Source: Eledone cirrhosa (Eukaryota). Taken from it: DNA of 64,000 bases. Both the position numbers and the translations under genes were made by a program. Shown here piece after piece: positions 39,688 to 52,122 of this stretch. The number at the start of each line of letters is the position of its first letter. Positions within the stretch are counted from its first letter, which is position 1. The notes beneath the pieces are model-generated. The model saw nothing but the letters and a program-made list of their open reading frames with translations. It had not been told where the DNA came from and did not search any database. The stretch spans positions 86,676,001 through 86,740,000 of the forward strand of contig OZ024743.1 of assembly GCA_964016885.1 (NCBI GenBank), given 5' to 3'.

Positions 39688-42337
39688 TTAACCCTTCATG
39701 ACCACATTTCTAATGAAATACACTCTAGTTCAATTAATTAATGAAGAAATTACTAAAATTATTAATTATTTTATTACTAAGATAGTAATTTAATGTATAT
39801 AAAACTATATAAAACTATGTTGATCACCTATAGATCAGGGGAACACGCCAGTCAGATAGATTATATCCTTACCAGAAGACGTGACAGTGTCTGTTGTAAA
39901 CAATAAATCCCTCTCCATGAAGAATGCACCTCCCAACGTAGCCTCATTGTTAGTGACCTCATAGTCAGGACGAGACGTACTCGACAACAGAGGAGGACTA
40001 CTCTAAGGAGAAGAATATTGAAGTTAAAGGACCCCACAGCCAGTAACAAATTTAAAAGCATATTACTTGATGCTTTTGACAGTAAGGAAGAGCAATTAGA
40101 GTCGTACAATATAGAGGAACAGTGGGAATTCTTGAAAGCTAACCTGCTGAAGGCGACAGATGAAATCTGTGGCTGGAGCAGACCTATAGGCAGGAGGAGA
40201 GTAACTTGGTGGTGGAACAGTAAGGTGGAGGAGTCAATCAAGGCCAAAAAGCAGGCTTGGAAAGTATGGCGGGATGGGGGAAGTAGAGAAGACTATCAAG
40301 TGGCCAGGAGGGAAGCTAGGAGACAAGTGTACTTCGCAAGAAGGGAAGCAGAGGAAAGAAAGTTCAAGCATGTTCTACAACGCGAGGACCAAAAACGTGA
40401 GGTGTTCAGGATTGCTAGGCAATGTGTCAAGGAAAACCGTGATATTGTCGGGGAGAAGTGTGTCCGTAATGATGATGGTGTACTTGCCATCACTGACGCT
40501 GATAAGAAGGTAGCTTGGAAGTGTCACTACGAGAGGCTACTAAATGAGGAGAATAAATGGGACAAAGATAGTCTGCTTCACATCGATCCAATAGAGGGAC
40601 CAGCAGTGCAAGTTGAAGGTAGTATAATAAGTAAGGCAATCAAAGATATGAAGACGGGCAAGGCAGCTGGGCCTTCAGAGTATGGTAGATGCCTGATGGA
40701 GGGTATTCGCTTGGTTACATGTCTCTGAACAGTTTCCAGGCGGTCATTGTTGTGAGAGCTATACAAGCCATGTATAAAGAAACAGTCAGTAAGGTTAGAA
40801 TTAACAACGAATATAGTGAAGAATTTAGCGTAAAAGTTGGTGTTCATCAGGGCTCTGTCTTTAGCCCCCTCCTATAACAGGCTATAACAGAGGAGTTCAA
40901 GACCGGCTGCCCATGGGAACTTTAATACGCAGATGATCTAACGCTTATAGCCGAATCAATGACTGAACTAGAGAAAAAATTCCAAACATGGAAGCATGGC
41001 CTAGAATCAAAAGGCCTTAAATTTAACTTGTCTAAGACTAAAGTGCTAGTATATAGGAAGGAATATAGGGCACTGGTCCCCTCTGGGAAATGGCCATGCT
41101 CAGTATGTAGGAAAGGAGTAGGCAGAAACTCCATTTTATGTCACAAATGCAAAGTATGGGTGCATAAAAGATGTAGTGGGATCACAGGTAAACTAACTAA
41201 GAACATAGATTTTATATGTGGCCGGTGCTCAGGTGCAATAAGTAGTAGCAAGTGCTCACAGGATACTAGCTCATTCCATTGCCCAGATGGTTCTATAGAA
41301 ATAGTGGACACCTTCCGTTACCTGGGTGACAAAATCAGCAGTGGTGGAGGGTGCTCTGAAAGTACAGTAGCTAGAGTCAGAACTGGATGGAAAAAGTTCA
41401 GAGAGCTTATACCACTATTTGCCGCTAAAGTTTTCTCTCTAAAAATGAAAGGCAGACTGTATGATGCCTGCATACGAACAGCAATGTTACATGGCAGTGA
41501 GACATGGGTATTGTGTGCAGGGGATCTGTGCAGGCTGGAGAGGAATGAAGCATGCATGCTCCGCTGGATGTGTAATAGTAATATACGTGAACAGCAAAGC
41601 ATAAATGAACTAAGTGAGAAATTAGGAATAAGAGGGATCAGATGCTGTTTACTCGAGAGAAGACTACGTTGGTATGGTCACGTGATGCGCATGAAAGACG
41701 ACAGTTGTTTAAAAAAGTGCGGGGAGATCAAAATAGTTGGAAGCTACGGAGTAGGCAGACTCAGAAAACCATGGGACGATTTGATAAATTCCGACCTTAC
41801 ACACTTACACCTCTCCAAGAAAATGTCACTGGACCGAGATGTTTGGCGCTACACAGTAATACAGAAGACCCGCCTTGCCTAAGTACAAAGCGAAATCTAC
41901 AATCAGTAGGCACCTCTTACCCCCACCCCCATCTACACCACCCCTTTCTCTGTAAAGTTATGTTGGTACCACAACATCCAGTCCGAAACAAATGAGGTTG
42001 TGTAGGTGTCACGACAAAAAAACACACAGTCCACGCTGTAATGTAGCCGTGTAGGTAACACGGTAAAAACCTTCCAGTCCACACTGTAAACATGGTTGGT
42101 GTTAGGAAGGGCATCCAGCCGTAGAAAACCCGCCAGACAGTCCTATACGAGCAAGACAACCAATCTTGCCTCACATGGGACAATTCCCGTCTAAACCCAT
42201 GCTAGCGTGGAAGATAGACGTTAAACGATGATGATGATGTTGGAAGAATTTAATTTAAATTGGAAACCTCTAAAATGGATGGCTTTATTTCATAGAACCA
42301 GAGCCAGTTTTGGCCGGGTTGGTAACTAAAGGGTTAA
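39688..42337. mobile_element. TTAA-flanked piggyBac-like MITE split by an RTE insertion
   Basis: TTAA-CCCTTCATGACC at 39688 and GGTAACTAAAGGG-TTAA ending at 42337; removing it restores the SINE tail GGTTTCTAATTAAGGCACAAGG. Confidence 0.65.
39820..42239 (+). mobile_element. RTE LINE, 5'-truncated and decayed, with 3'UTR and (GAT)n tail
   Basis: ITYRSGEHASQIDYIL (APE endonuclease end), TWWWN linker, YADD, PHD-like cluster, FRYLG, LRWYGHVMRM, stop at 41882, 3'UTR to GATGATGATGAT. Confidence 0.92.
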
Positions 42338-42516
42338 GGCACAAGGTCAGAAATTTGTGGGGATGGGAGAGTCGACAATATCAACCACAGTAATTCCTTT
42401 TAACAACTCTGGAAGGATGACAGACAAATTTGATCTCTGCCAGATTTTAACTCAGAACATAGACAACTAAACACTTTACCAATATTGCCAATTCACCACC
42501 CTGTTTTTTTATTTTG

Positions 42517-42720
42517 TAATAATGGTTTCTGATTTAGGCACAAAGCCAACAATTTTTGAGGGAAGGGAAAGTCGATTAAATCGACCCCAGTGCGTTACTG
42601 GTACTTTATTTTATTGACCCTGTAAGGATGAAAGGCAAAGTTAACCTCAGCAGGATTTGAACTCAGAACACAAAGGGAGGTAACTTTATGCCATGAAGCA
42701 TGGTGTCTACTAATCCACCT
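42517..42720 (-). mobile_element. Nin/Deu-domain SINE (older copies adjoin at 39480-39660 and 42338-42500)
   Basis: Family motif TAAGGATGAAAGGCAAAGTTAACCTC...GGATTTGAACTCAGA. Confidence 0.75.
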
Positions 42721-42887
42721 TTAATCTTTGTTTTACATCAGGTACATCCAGCAACTACCAGAATCACCCAACAGGCTGCCGTCTTACTTCTCCTTTCTTT
42801 TATATCTCGTCCTACTACTCCTCCTTTCCTCTCCCCTTCTCTATCTATCTGTCTATAGACAGATATCTATCTGTCTGTCTGTCTGTC

Positions 42888-43013
42888 TATAATAATGTAA
42901 ATTATTGTGTACAGTGCTCAGGTGCACTACAACTCATCAAAAGTGCTTGTATATAGAATAATATACAAAAGTCAGGAAAGTGCGTGTGTGTGGAGGGGGA
43001 ATATCAGGGGTAG
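42888..43013 (-). mobile_element. CR1 3' tail fragment
   Basis: Reverse complement of CACTTTCCTGAC...GATGAGTTGTAGTGCACCTGAGCACTGTACACAATAATT...(ATT)n; also at 30205-30260, 55630-55684 and 60350-60670. Confidence 0.7.
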
Positions 43014-43395
43014 TCATCATCATCATCATCATCATTTTACGTCCTCTTTTCCCTGCTTGCAAGGGTGGGATGGGAACTGATTCTGGCTTGATTTCTACAG
43101 CTGGATGCCCTTCCTAACACCAACCTCATTTACAGTGAGTGCTGGGTGCTTTTTTTTTCCATGGCGGCTACATGTCCACTTTATAGTGAGTGCTGGGTAC
43201 TTTTCTTTTTGCTGTGGCACCTCCACGACCAATTTGCAGTGGTGGGACTGGGGTCCCTATCATCTCATTTCTACAGCTGAGTAAACTGGAACAATGTGAA
43301 ATAAAGTGTCTTGCTCAAGGAAACAACACATCACCTGGTCTGAGAATTGAACTCACAACCTTTCGATTGCAAGACCAATGCTCTAACCACTAAGT
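43014..43395 (-). mobile_element. CORE-like SINE with one extra internal 48-bp-type unit
   Basis: Reverse complement of 25268-25607 with a duplicated AGTGAGTGCTGGGT segment. Confidence 0.8.
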
Positions 43396-43444
43396 CATTA
43401 GTGTTCTATCTATCTCTCTGCCTGTCTATTTCTACCAACCAGCA

Positions 43445-43477
<33 letters not shown>

Positions 43478-43632
43478 ATATATATATATATATGTATGTT
43501 TATGATTGTATATATATATATCCAGGGAGTGTAACGTGAATTTACTGTAGGTTCACCCGGGTGAGCAGTCAATGTTTAGGTTCACGTCAGTAGCGAGGCG
43601 TAGAGCTAGACAGAGTTTAATATAATAATACA

Positions 43633-43715
43633 TATTGATTGGTGACACGCGTTTCGCTATTGATCAGATCAAACCTTGAGCTGATCAATAGCGAAACGCG
43701 CGTCACCAATCAATA
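43633..43715. repeat. Near-perfect 83-bp palindrome built from a hammerhead 3' half
   Basis: Arms 43633-43667 and 43681-43715 (one mismatch); the right arm reads TGA-GCT-GATCAAT-AGC-GAAA-CGCGCG-TC-ACC. Confidence 0.85.
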
Positions 43716-43744
43716 AACGTAATGAAGGCTTAACCAATCGTCCT

Positions 43745-43779
<35 letters not shown>

Positions 43780-43786
<7 letters not shown>

Positions 43787-44492
43787 AAATCTGTCCATGC
43801 CTTGAACCTTGGGTGACACCTAAAGGTCAAATTCTAGGTCACCACCCTTTTGGTGTGAACAGGTTGATGCGTTGGCTATCCTCTCAAGGTGGGAGACAGG
43901 ACGCAACAGGTATATAAAGCCTTTATCATCTCACGTTTACACAGAGACATCGGAGCACTCCACTACAGAACAAGCTATGTGAAAGATTCACCACTATCAA
44001 CAGACCCCAGTGGTCTACAGAAAGACATATAGATCGGAGCTCTACGCTACACAGCAAACTATGTAAAGATTCACCGCTATCAACAGACCCTAGAGGTCTA
44101 CAGAGATACAGAGAGATCAGAGCCCTACTACTACAGACCCGCTATGTGAAAGATATTCTGCTATCTACAAGCCACAGTGGTCTACAATCAATTACAGACC
44201 CTTACTATCTCTCACTCGCTATGGTCTCAGACTCACGACGAAAACTACTATGACGACTGCAACAAACTTTAACCACCAACAAACTTTATCTTGTCGCTCG
44301 CTGTTTTCATATCAACAACAAAATAACATTGTCAACCTTCGCAACTCTTGATAACTTGTTTTATTATACTTTTTAATTTGAAGTGAAGTAAACCATATAT
44401 AAACAAAATCATTTATCTTATTATAAATGTTATTTCATCTAATAACCGTGTTAATCCATTTAACGATTTCTTAACTTATACCCTTAGTTAAA
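43780..44492 (+). mobile_element. Possible solo LTR with three internal 83-84-bp repeats, inserted in (TA)n
   Basis: Starts TGTAGTG out of (TA)n; TATATAAAG at about 43911; GGTCTACA recurs at about 44012, 44095 and 44179. The 3' end is not a clean CA. Confidence 0.4.
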
Positions 44493-45003
44493 TATATATA
44501 TATATATATGTGTGTGAGAGAGATGTAATATATACATTTATTGTTGGTGTGTGAACGATATCTTCAAATGTCCTTCTCACGTGCCCAGCACGCGAGAAGA
44601 TAGACATTTCTATTTGCCTGCAGCATATCATATAAATGAATATTTCATCTGATGATATTGTTCCCATACCAACAGCAAATGCATACATTAGATCTTGGAT
44701 TGCATAAGGGAACCATTGAAACAATTATAATGAATAAACGATTTATGTAATATCAGCATCTTTTTTTTATGTTATTCTTATATTGAATCTCCACTGTAAC
44801 TACACACTACAAGTGTAGAGAGATTTCTCCTGCTTACTCCTGTTTTTCACCAAAACAACTTTTACTGAACACACACACATACACACATACATACATACAT
44901 GCATACATATATGATGGCTGCCCCTGCGTTATCGAGTATGGCCATACATACATACATACATACATACATACATACATACATAAATATCTTTTTGTTTTCT
45001 CAG

Positions 45004-45177
45004 ATTTTGGACCACAACAGACGTGTCTCAAGCTTTGAATGGTCAGATTGTGGAAACAGCTCATCAACTTTGAAAGTTAATGGATTGACTGTAAGCCCTG
45101 ATCCAGTCAAATTGCCTGGTATCATCACTGTTGGATTTGATATTGATATTGCAGAAGATTTTAATGATGGTCTCTCG
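45004..45177 (+). CDS. GM2A: GM2 ganglioside activator-like, coding exon 2
   Basis: TTTTGTTTTCTCAG| acceptor; SSFEWSDCG...LTVSPDPVKLPG matches the GM2A SSFSWDNC...LTLEPDPI.VPG motif; TCG|GTAAGA donor; 174 nt. Confidence 0.93.
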
Positions 45178-45211
45178 GTAAGAGAAATGATGTTTTTTTT
45201 TTGTGTTATAT

Positions 45212-45436
45212 TTAACCTTTTAGCATTTACATTACTATATATTGGCTATTGTCTTCACGTGGTAAAGGCTTTACTTTACATAATTATCTCTCATAATATC
45301 AAATCTATGAGATTTTGATATTATTTTGAGAACAATATCTTAACATTAGTATGTGTGGCCAGTTATGGCCAGTTTGAACAGAAAGAGGTGAGAGAATTCT
45401 GGCCAGATACAACTGGTTTAAATGCTAAAGGGTTAA
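45212..45436. mobile_element. TTAA-flanked piggyBac-like MITE
   Basis: TTAA-CCTTTTAGCATTTA...TAAATGCTAAAGGG-TTAA. Confidence 0.75.
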
Positions 45437-46509
45437 CCCTATGTCAGCCCTACTTGAAAATACCTAGCATCAAAAATGTTCCAGCTATGTCCATCCCATT
45501 ATTTGGTATATTAGTGATTACATTGTCTAATATGTCCATTTATATATATGGTGGTAGGGTGTGATTTAAGGGAGCTCTTTTTAGCAACCTGGGAAACCAC
45601 ATAGTGGTGCAATTGTTGGCCCACATAAGAAGTACTAACCAGATAAGACCCAGATAAGAAGTAATATACTGTGGTTGAAGTAACTGACTGTATCTTTATC
45701 CTAACATTTTTGGCCTTGTTAGACATCAACAATACTCATAACATTTTCAATTGCATTATTCTGCCCATGTAAAAGGAAAATATAAAATGGATTTAATTTG
45801 TGATGGAGTTGTAGGGCCACTGTCCTGACACATGGCATATCTTGGGTATTTTAAACCTGGTGGAGCCTACACACTCGCCACTCCAGGTCAGAACGCAGTT
45901 GATTTTTTTTGTTTTCAAGAGAAGCAGTTCAGGGACCCAGGACACTAGAGGTTTCCACTGTTATGTATTGGATGAGGAATGAAATTGTCTGTGCACGACA
46001 AACTTCTGGCTCATCTATCCATTACTAACACTGCCACATTGTGGAAAAACTGACTCAGCCTTTGGGTTTTATAATACTATATCATGTGTACATGAGCTCT
46101 TAATTCCTGATTGAGTTATTGGTGCACTGTAGTAATATACAGCATGCTTGGGCATTTAAACCTAGCAGAGCCCATCCCGCTCCAGTTGTGAAAACACTTG
46201 ATTTCTTCCAGTGAAACAAAGAGGAGTGTGAGAGCAACAAATAGAAAGTCATAAATAGATATATGAGTGAGAATCGACCCAAGTACTGGACTTGGTGGGA
46301 TTTGAACTTAGAAAGCAGTGAGTTGGACCCATTATTGCAGTCTTGCCATGCTGAGGCTCTAACAACTCTGCTATTTCATCACCTTTTTGCCCAGGTACTG
46401 AACTGAAATACTCTTTTGTCTTGCATCAATATTATTGTGGCTTTCATTTAATAATGGTTCTTTGTAATAATACCACTTCAGACTGCTACTGGTTCTATAA
46501 TATAAAACA

Positions 46510-47010
46510 CCATCATCATTACCATCATCCTTTTATGTTTGTTTTCCCTCTGACATGGGTTGGATGGGTTATCATGATCCAAAACTAGATGGGTTGGAGA
46601 ACCACAGAACAATGTTTTGCTCATACCTTCCATTTTTGGCATGGTTTCAACAACTGGATGCCCTTCCTAGTGCCAACCAATTTACAGAATGTACTGGTAG
46701 CATTTTATTGAAGCACTGCAGAGTGCAATGGGGGCATTTTATTGTGGTACCAGCACTATCACTTTACAGAGTGTACTGGGTGCATTTTATCATGGTATCA
46801 GCACTATCACATTTCAGAGTGTACTGGGTGTATTTTATTGTGGCCCTAACTACCACTTTACAGAGTGTACTGGGTGTATTTTATTGTGGCACTAGAACTA
46901 TCACTTTATTAGAGTGTACTGGGTGTATTTTATTGTGGCACTAACACTATCACTTTACAGAGTGTCCTGTGGGACATTTTATCATGTCACCAGCACTACT
47001 ACCTTATAAA
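46510..47010 (-). mobile_element. RTE-tail-related element with degenerate 48-bp array (46680-47010)
   Basis: (CAT)n, CTGGATGCCCTTCCTAGTGCCAACC, then about 7 units of TTTACAGAGTGTACTGGGTG.ATTTTAT..TGG.AC.AGCACTATCAC. Confidence 0.75.
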
Positions 47011-47039
47011 GTATACAATACAAATTAGCAAACAATTAT

Positions 47040-47395
47040 AATAATTGTTTCTACTTTTGGCACAAAGCCAGCAATTATCCCAGTACGTTAGTGGTATTTT
47101 ATTTTATCAACCCCGTAAGGATGAAAGGCAAAGTGGACCTCGGCGGGATTTGAACTCAGACTTTACTGCAAAGCATGGCGTCAGACCCTCTACCGATACT
47201 GCCAATTATTATAATAATTGTTTCTATTTTAGGCACAAGGCCAGCAATTAACCAGTGCATTACTGGTACTTTATTTTATCGACCCCGTAAGGATGAAAGG
47301 CAAAGTTAACCTCGGCAAGATTTGAACTCAGATCATAAACTCTATGCTTCAAAGCATGGTGTCCGACTCTCTACCGATACTGCCAATCCACCGCC
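47040..47395 (-). mobile_element. Two tandem Nin/Deu-domain SINEs
   Basis: Copies at about 47040-47205 and 47208-47395, each bounded by CAATTATTATAATAAT-like sequence. Confidence 0.8.
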
Positions 47396-47607
47396 AATTA
47401 TTATAATAATGTAATACTGTCTCACTTAAAGTATAGTCTAAAAAATGCCAACAAAAAATGAGAGAGCTCTAGCGAAACAGCACTAGGTGTGGTCGCATCA
47501 TATTTGTCTGGTTTTATTTATTTTGTGCTTCAAATAAACCACTTTCTTGTTTGCTATCTTTGTTTAAATTTAATCTTGTCTTATTTCTATTTTGTATTGT
47601 TGTTTAG

Positions 47608-47778
47608 GGTAAGGTGGAATTGTTTAAAAAGGTTGAATCAACTTGGATTAAAATTCCTTGTATTGGAGTTCTTGGCTCCTGTACCTATGATGATGTGTGT
47701 GGTTTAATGTCACAAATAGCTCAATGTCCACAACCATTTATTGACAACAAAATACCCTGCAAATGTCCATTTAAAAAG
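47608..47778 (+). CDS. GM2A: GM2 ganglioside activator-like, coding exon 3
   Basis: TTGTTTAG| acceptor; WIKIPCIGVLGSCTYDDVC...CPQP...IPCKCPFKK (GM2A WIKIPC...GSCT...C...CP...PCHCPFK); AAG|GTTGGT donor; 171 nt. Confidence 0.95.
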
Positions 47779-47801
47779 GTTGGTTCATTACCATTATCAT
47801 A

Positions 47802-47802
<1 letters not shown>

Positions 47803-47858
<56 letters not shown>
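47803..47858. repeat. (ATCT)14 microsatellite
   Basis: Directly visible. Confidence 0.95.
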
Positions 47859-47859
<1 letters not shown>

Positions 47860-50800
47860 CCTAAAAGCCTCTTGTCCACAAACACACAACAACAACAACA
47901 TCATAAAAAAAACGCTATTACCAACACCAACACAAGTACAACCACCGCCACCACAAGTACAACGACAGACGAAACGAGCAACCACACCAAAACAAACAGA
48001 CACTCAACCAACAACAACAGAAAAAACAGAGACAACACCCCTGAAGAACACATCCCCACTTCATCAAACACTACCACAAATACGCATACCGAAACACCAC
48101 CACCACACAACATACTCTTACCCCACACACCTGACGATGATTATTCATCGACGGACGAAGCTGCTTCTCCTTCTTTAAGTGAAGAAGAGGGAGAACCGCG
48201 GAAATCCAAAAAACAAAAAAAGAGACACCACAAACCCCTCAAAACTCCAATCACCAACACCAACACACAGCCACAGACACAAACAACAACTCAAACAACA
48301 CCACAGTCAAACATCCCCCTATCAGCAAAACCAGCACCAACACCACCCCAAACACAAGCACCCACCATAAAAAGAAAACTCCCGGATGAACAACAAACTA
48401 AAACAACACAACAAAAAAAACACAAACAACAAGAGTTTGATGGAGGTCATCTCCCAAAACCCCAAGGTGGAGACAAAACTTCGTCTCCACACCTTAAACT
48501 TATAAGGGTTTCTATGGAAACCTATAAAGACCTAAAAATTAAATTTTCACAGGACGTGGGCAACCCCTGCCACAAACCCATCAACCGCGTCCTGTTAAAA
48601 TGTTTCCCCACCCCACCCAACACCCCACCCAGCACCCAAATGGAGATTGAACAACCCGATCTCCAGGAAACGAAAAGGTAAGTGCACCTTTCGTCCTTTT
48701 TCTCCAACTTTTCTTCACCAACATGGCTAGTTTACGAGTTGGAACCGTGAATGTGCGGGGCCTAGGAATGCCCTGGAAACAGGGCCAACTTTTAAACGAC
48801 CTTAGGTCACACAGTATGGATGTGATAGCCATCACCGAGTCCAGGATCCACAACTAGCAGCAACTAACCCCCATCTTCGACGACTTTGAGATCTACGCAT
48901 CTCTCTGTCAGCCTGGAGGTGGAGGTGGCGTGGCTGTTATGTTTCGGAAGAACCTGGACGTCGGAGTACAGCAAGTATACTTGGACCCGGAGGGTAGACT
49001 GGTAGTCCTAGACGTGAACAGTATCGGAGGTGGAGCCTTCAGACTGGTGGCCGTTTATGCCCCGACCGGGCAATTGCAATCACGGCCAGACTTCTTTAAG
49101 CGTCTAGAGTCTTTTCTGGGAACATCTCGCTCCTTACTTTTAGTGGGGGACTGGAATGGTATCCTAGATGCACGATGGGACTATGTGGGAGCATGTCCCA
49201 GTAGAGCGGGGTGCAACAGCCTCAAAACTTTAATCGGCCAATTCCAACTGGCCGATAGGTATCGACTGGATTTCCCGACTGCATCACAGTGGACGTGGGT
49301 AAACCGCAGTGGGACATCTAGATCGTATTTAGATAGGTTCTTCATGAGAGAAAGGGACAAGGAGATGTTAAGCTGTCCATGAATGCACATGGTTGCCTAT
49401 TCAGATCACAAGTTAGTCGTCTGCTTAGTCAACCGTGATAGAATACATAGACAGGGTCCCAGATACTGGAAGCTGAACGTGTCATTGCCGGCACGTAAAG
49501 CTTACAGTGAATGGATAAGTAGACTAGTCAAGCAACAGTTAACGGGAGCCATCGTCAACAATAGATGGTGGTACTCTCTCAAGAGAGCAATTAGAATAGA
49601 ATCGATAGGGTATAGCAGAGAGTTAGCCTTAGAGAAAAACAGAATAGAAAGAGAACTAGTAGCCAAGGTAGAGGAGGCACTTAGAAGTGGCAACGCGGCT
49701 AGTGTGTTAGCGTCGAGAACGGTACTGGACCAGTTCTTCGATGCGAAACATGAAGGCTGCGTGGTCAGAAGCAAAACATGTGCTCTAGGAAACGAAGGAG
49801 CGAAAGCTGTCAGCTGGGCCCGAGTGGCAGAGGCAAAAAGTGGCAACAAGTCCACGATTCGGTCTTTGAAAGACCAAAACGGACGCGTGCTACTTGACTC
49901 CAAGCAAATGTGCGCGGCCTTTCAGCGGCACTTTGCGCGACTGTTTGAGCAGAACGACGGTGAGCCGAACGGGGCAATGGACTTTAGTTCATACCTCGAC
50001 GGCCTGCCGCGTCTCTAGAACACGGACACCGAGTTCTGCGAAAGACCGATCACGGACACTGAGATACGGGACGCTCTAGCCCACTGCGGGAAACGCAAGT
50101 CACCCGGTCTAGATGGTCTACCCTACGAATTTTACATAGGCATGCCGGACTTGTTCTCTGGCGTCCTCGAAGCCGTCTACTGCAATTGGCAGCAGAACGG
50201 GAGAATTCCCAGTTCTGCAGGCAAGGGCGTAGTAATGCTGATCAGGAAAGATGAGAACAAGGGGGACGAAATTAACAACTTCAGGCCCATAACTCTGCTC
50301 AACACAGAGTTAAAGATTTTGGCCAAGGTGCTAGCGACGAGGTTGGCGCTTGTCGTTGAGAACCTGGTAGGGAAAGCGCAAACGTGTCCAATCCCGACCA
50401 GGTCCATACAACCTCCATCTCATGCGATACATCATAGAGAGGGTGGGTAGTAAACCCGGCTTCGGTAGGGCTCTGATCAACTTGGATCAACTTGGTCTAA
50501 GGCATTCGATAGGTTCGACCATCGATACTTGGAAGCGGTTCTCAAGGTGGCCGGTTTCGGTCCCGTGTTCAGAGGATGGTTTGAGGCGATGCACACCAGC
50601 ATCTGCTCGAGGGTCAAGGTGAACAGCTACCTATCGGAGCCGTTCGCAATCACGTGTTCCATTCGACAGGAGTGCCCTCTCTCCTCCATTCTGTATGTAT
50701 TGACTCTAGAGCTACTACTGCGGAAATTGGAGCTGTTGCAGGGCATCCCTTTAGAACCGGGACTGCGCAAAGCGCCGTCAGCTTATGCCGACGACGTGAT

Positions 50801-51908
50801 GGTAATGGTGTCGAGCACCTCGGAAATCGGGGTGATCGGCAACTTACTGAAAGAATACGAAACGCTGACGGGAGCAAAACTAAATCCAGAAAAGTCTGTC
50901 GGTTTGCAATTTGGTACGTGGAGAGGCAAACCGATGACATCTGACAGCGTCGTTGGACGCTGGACGGACGGACCAGTGAAATTGCTCGGGGTCTGGTTCG
51001 GTCCAGACCTCCAGGTGGAGAAAAATTGGAACGAGGTCACGGCCAAGGTGTTTGCACTCACTCAGAAGTGGGCAGAGTGCAAACTGTCCTTGAAAGGTTG
51101 AGCGGAGGTGGCAAACACTTTCATAGCGTCCGTCATCTACTACCGCTTGACTGTCGTGCCTTGTCCCCGTGAACACCTCGCCAAGATGGAACGCATGCTC
51201 TTCCAGTTTCTGTGGAAGAAGCAGGCTCCACTGGTGAGGAGATCCGTCTGCTGTCAGCACCCTTCCAATGGAGGGCTGGGAATGCCGTGGCTGATGATGC
51301 GCAAACATGCGCTGAGGCTGCGGCATCTCCAGGTATTCCTCACCGACCCCCAACCGGTGTGGGCACCGTTTGTGAGACGGGCTTTCCCACAGCTCGTCTC
51401 ACTAACGGAGCTGCAGTCCTGGGTGAAGAAAAGACCGAAAACGATGGGCGCCTGGCACATTGAATGCGCTCAGGCGCTCACAGTCCTCTGGCAAGCGGGC
51501 GCAGCAATCAGTGGAGACTCCACTTCGACATTCTATAGAGGGATTGTACGTTACAAGGGCGACGACGTGCTCGGAGAGACTCTGGGCGTCGAAGACGATG
51601 AGCTCACCAGTCTGTTTGGTAGGACTTTCCGCCCGGGACCTATGGACAACTTCCAGAGGTCCCTGGCCTGGCAGTGCTACCGAGGAGCTCTACCGGTTCG
51701 TGACAAGATCTACAGGCACGGACGCCCCGGCAGGGATCCTTCCAAGAGGACGTGTTCAAGATGTGCGCAGGACATTGAAACAGTTCTGCACGCAATTGTA
51801 CACTGCCCGGGCGTAAGCGACCTGTGGAACTATGCAGAACAACTGCTGTCGCGTATGGGACAAATCCAGTTGACTGCCGAGTCCATAGTAAGGATCATCA
51901 ATGCATGA
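47859..51908 (+). mobile_element. Tx1/L1-clade non-LTR retrotransposon, decayed, in GM2A intron 3
   Basis: T/P/Q-rich ORF1 tail to 48681; ORF2 from ATG 48723 with GTVNVRGL, GDWN, SYLDRF, SDH, WKLN, FRPITLLN, YADD (50784), GGLG, CSRC..ETVLHAIVHC. In-frame stops at 48855, 49380, 50016 and 51099, and frameshifts near 50400-50500. Confidence 0.92.
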
Positions 51909-52122
51909 TGGGATTGCACTAGGACCTGTCTCATGATTGTGAAGCTAACTTCTTATCCATTTGGCCATGCCCCACCCTCTTTCTCACCATTCGCCCATCA
52001 CCCACCCCACCCTTCCCCACTACTCTCCCCACCCACATCCCTACCCCACCCCGCCCACATACACTCTCACATGCAGCAACTACATTCTAGGATCTTCATT
52101 TCTCTCTCTCTTTTTCCTACAG

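Noticed and set aside
44640-44700. CTGATGA followed by a TGTT/AACA hairpin
   Set aside because: GAAA is absent (CAAA) and stem I does not pair; too degenerate to call.
47614-48681. 355-aa ORF as a standalone gene
   Set aside because: It is GM2A exon 3 plus intron read-through into Tx1 ORF1; kept only as a speculative isoform.
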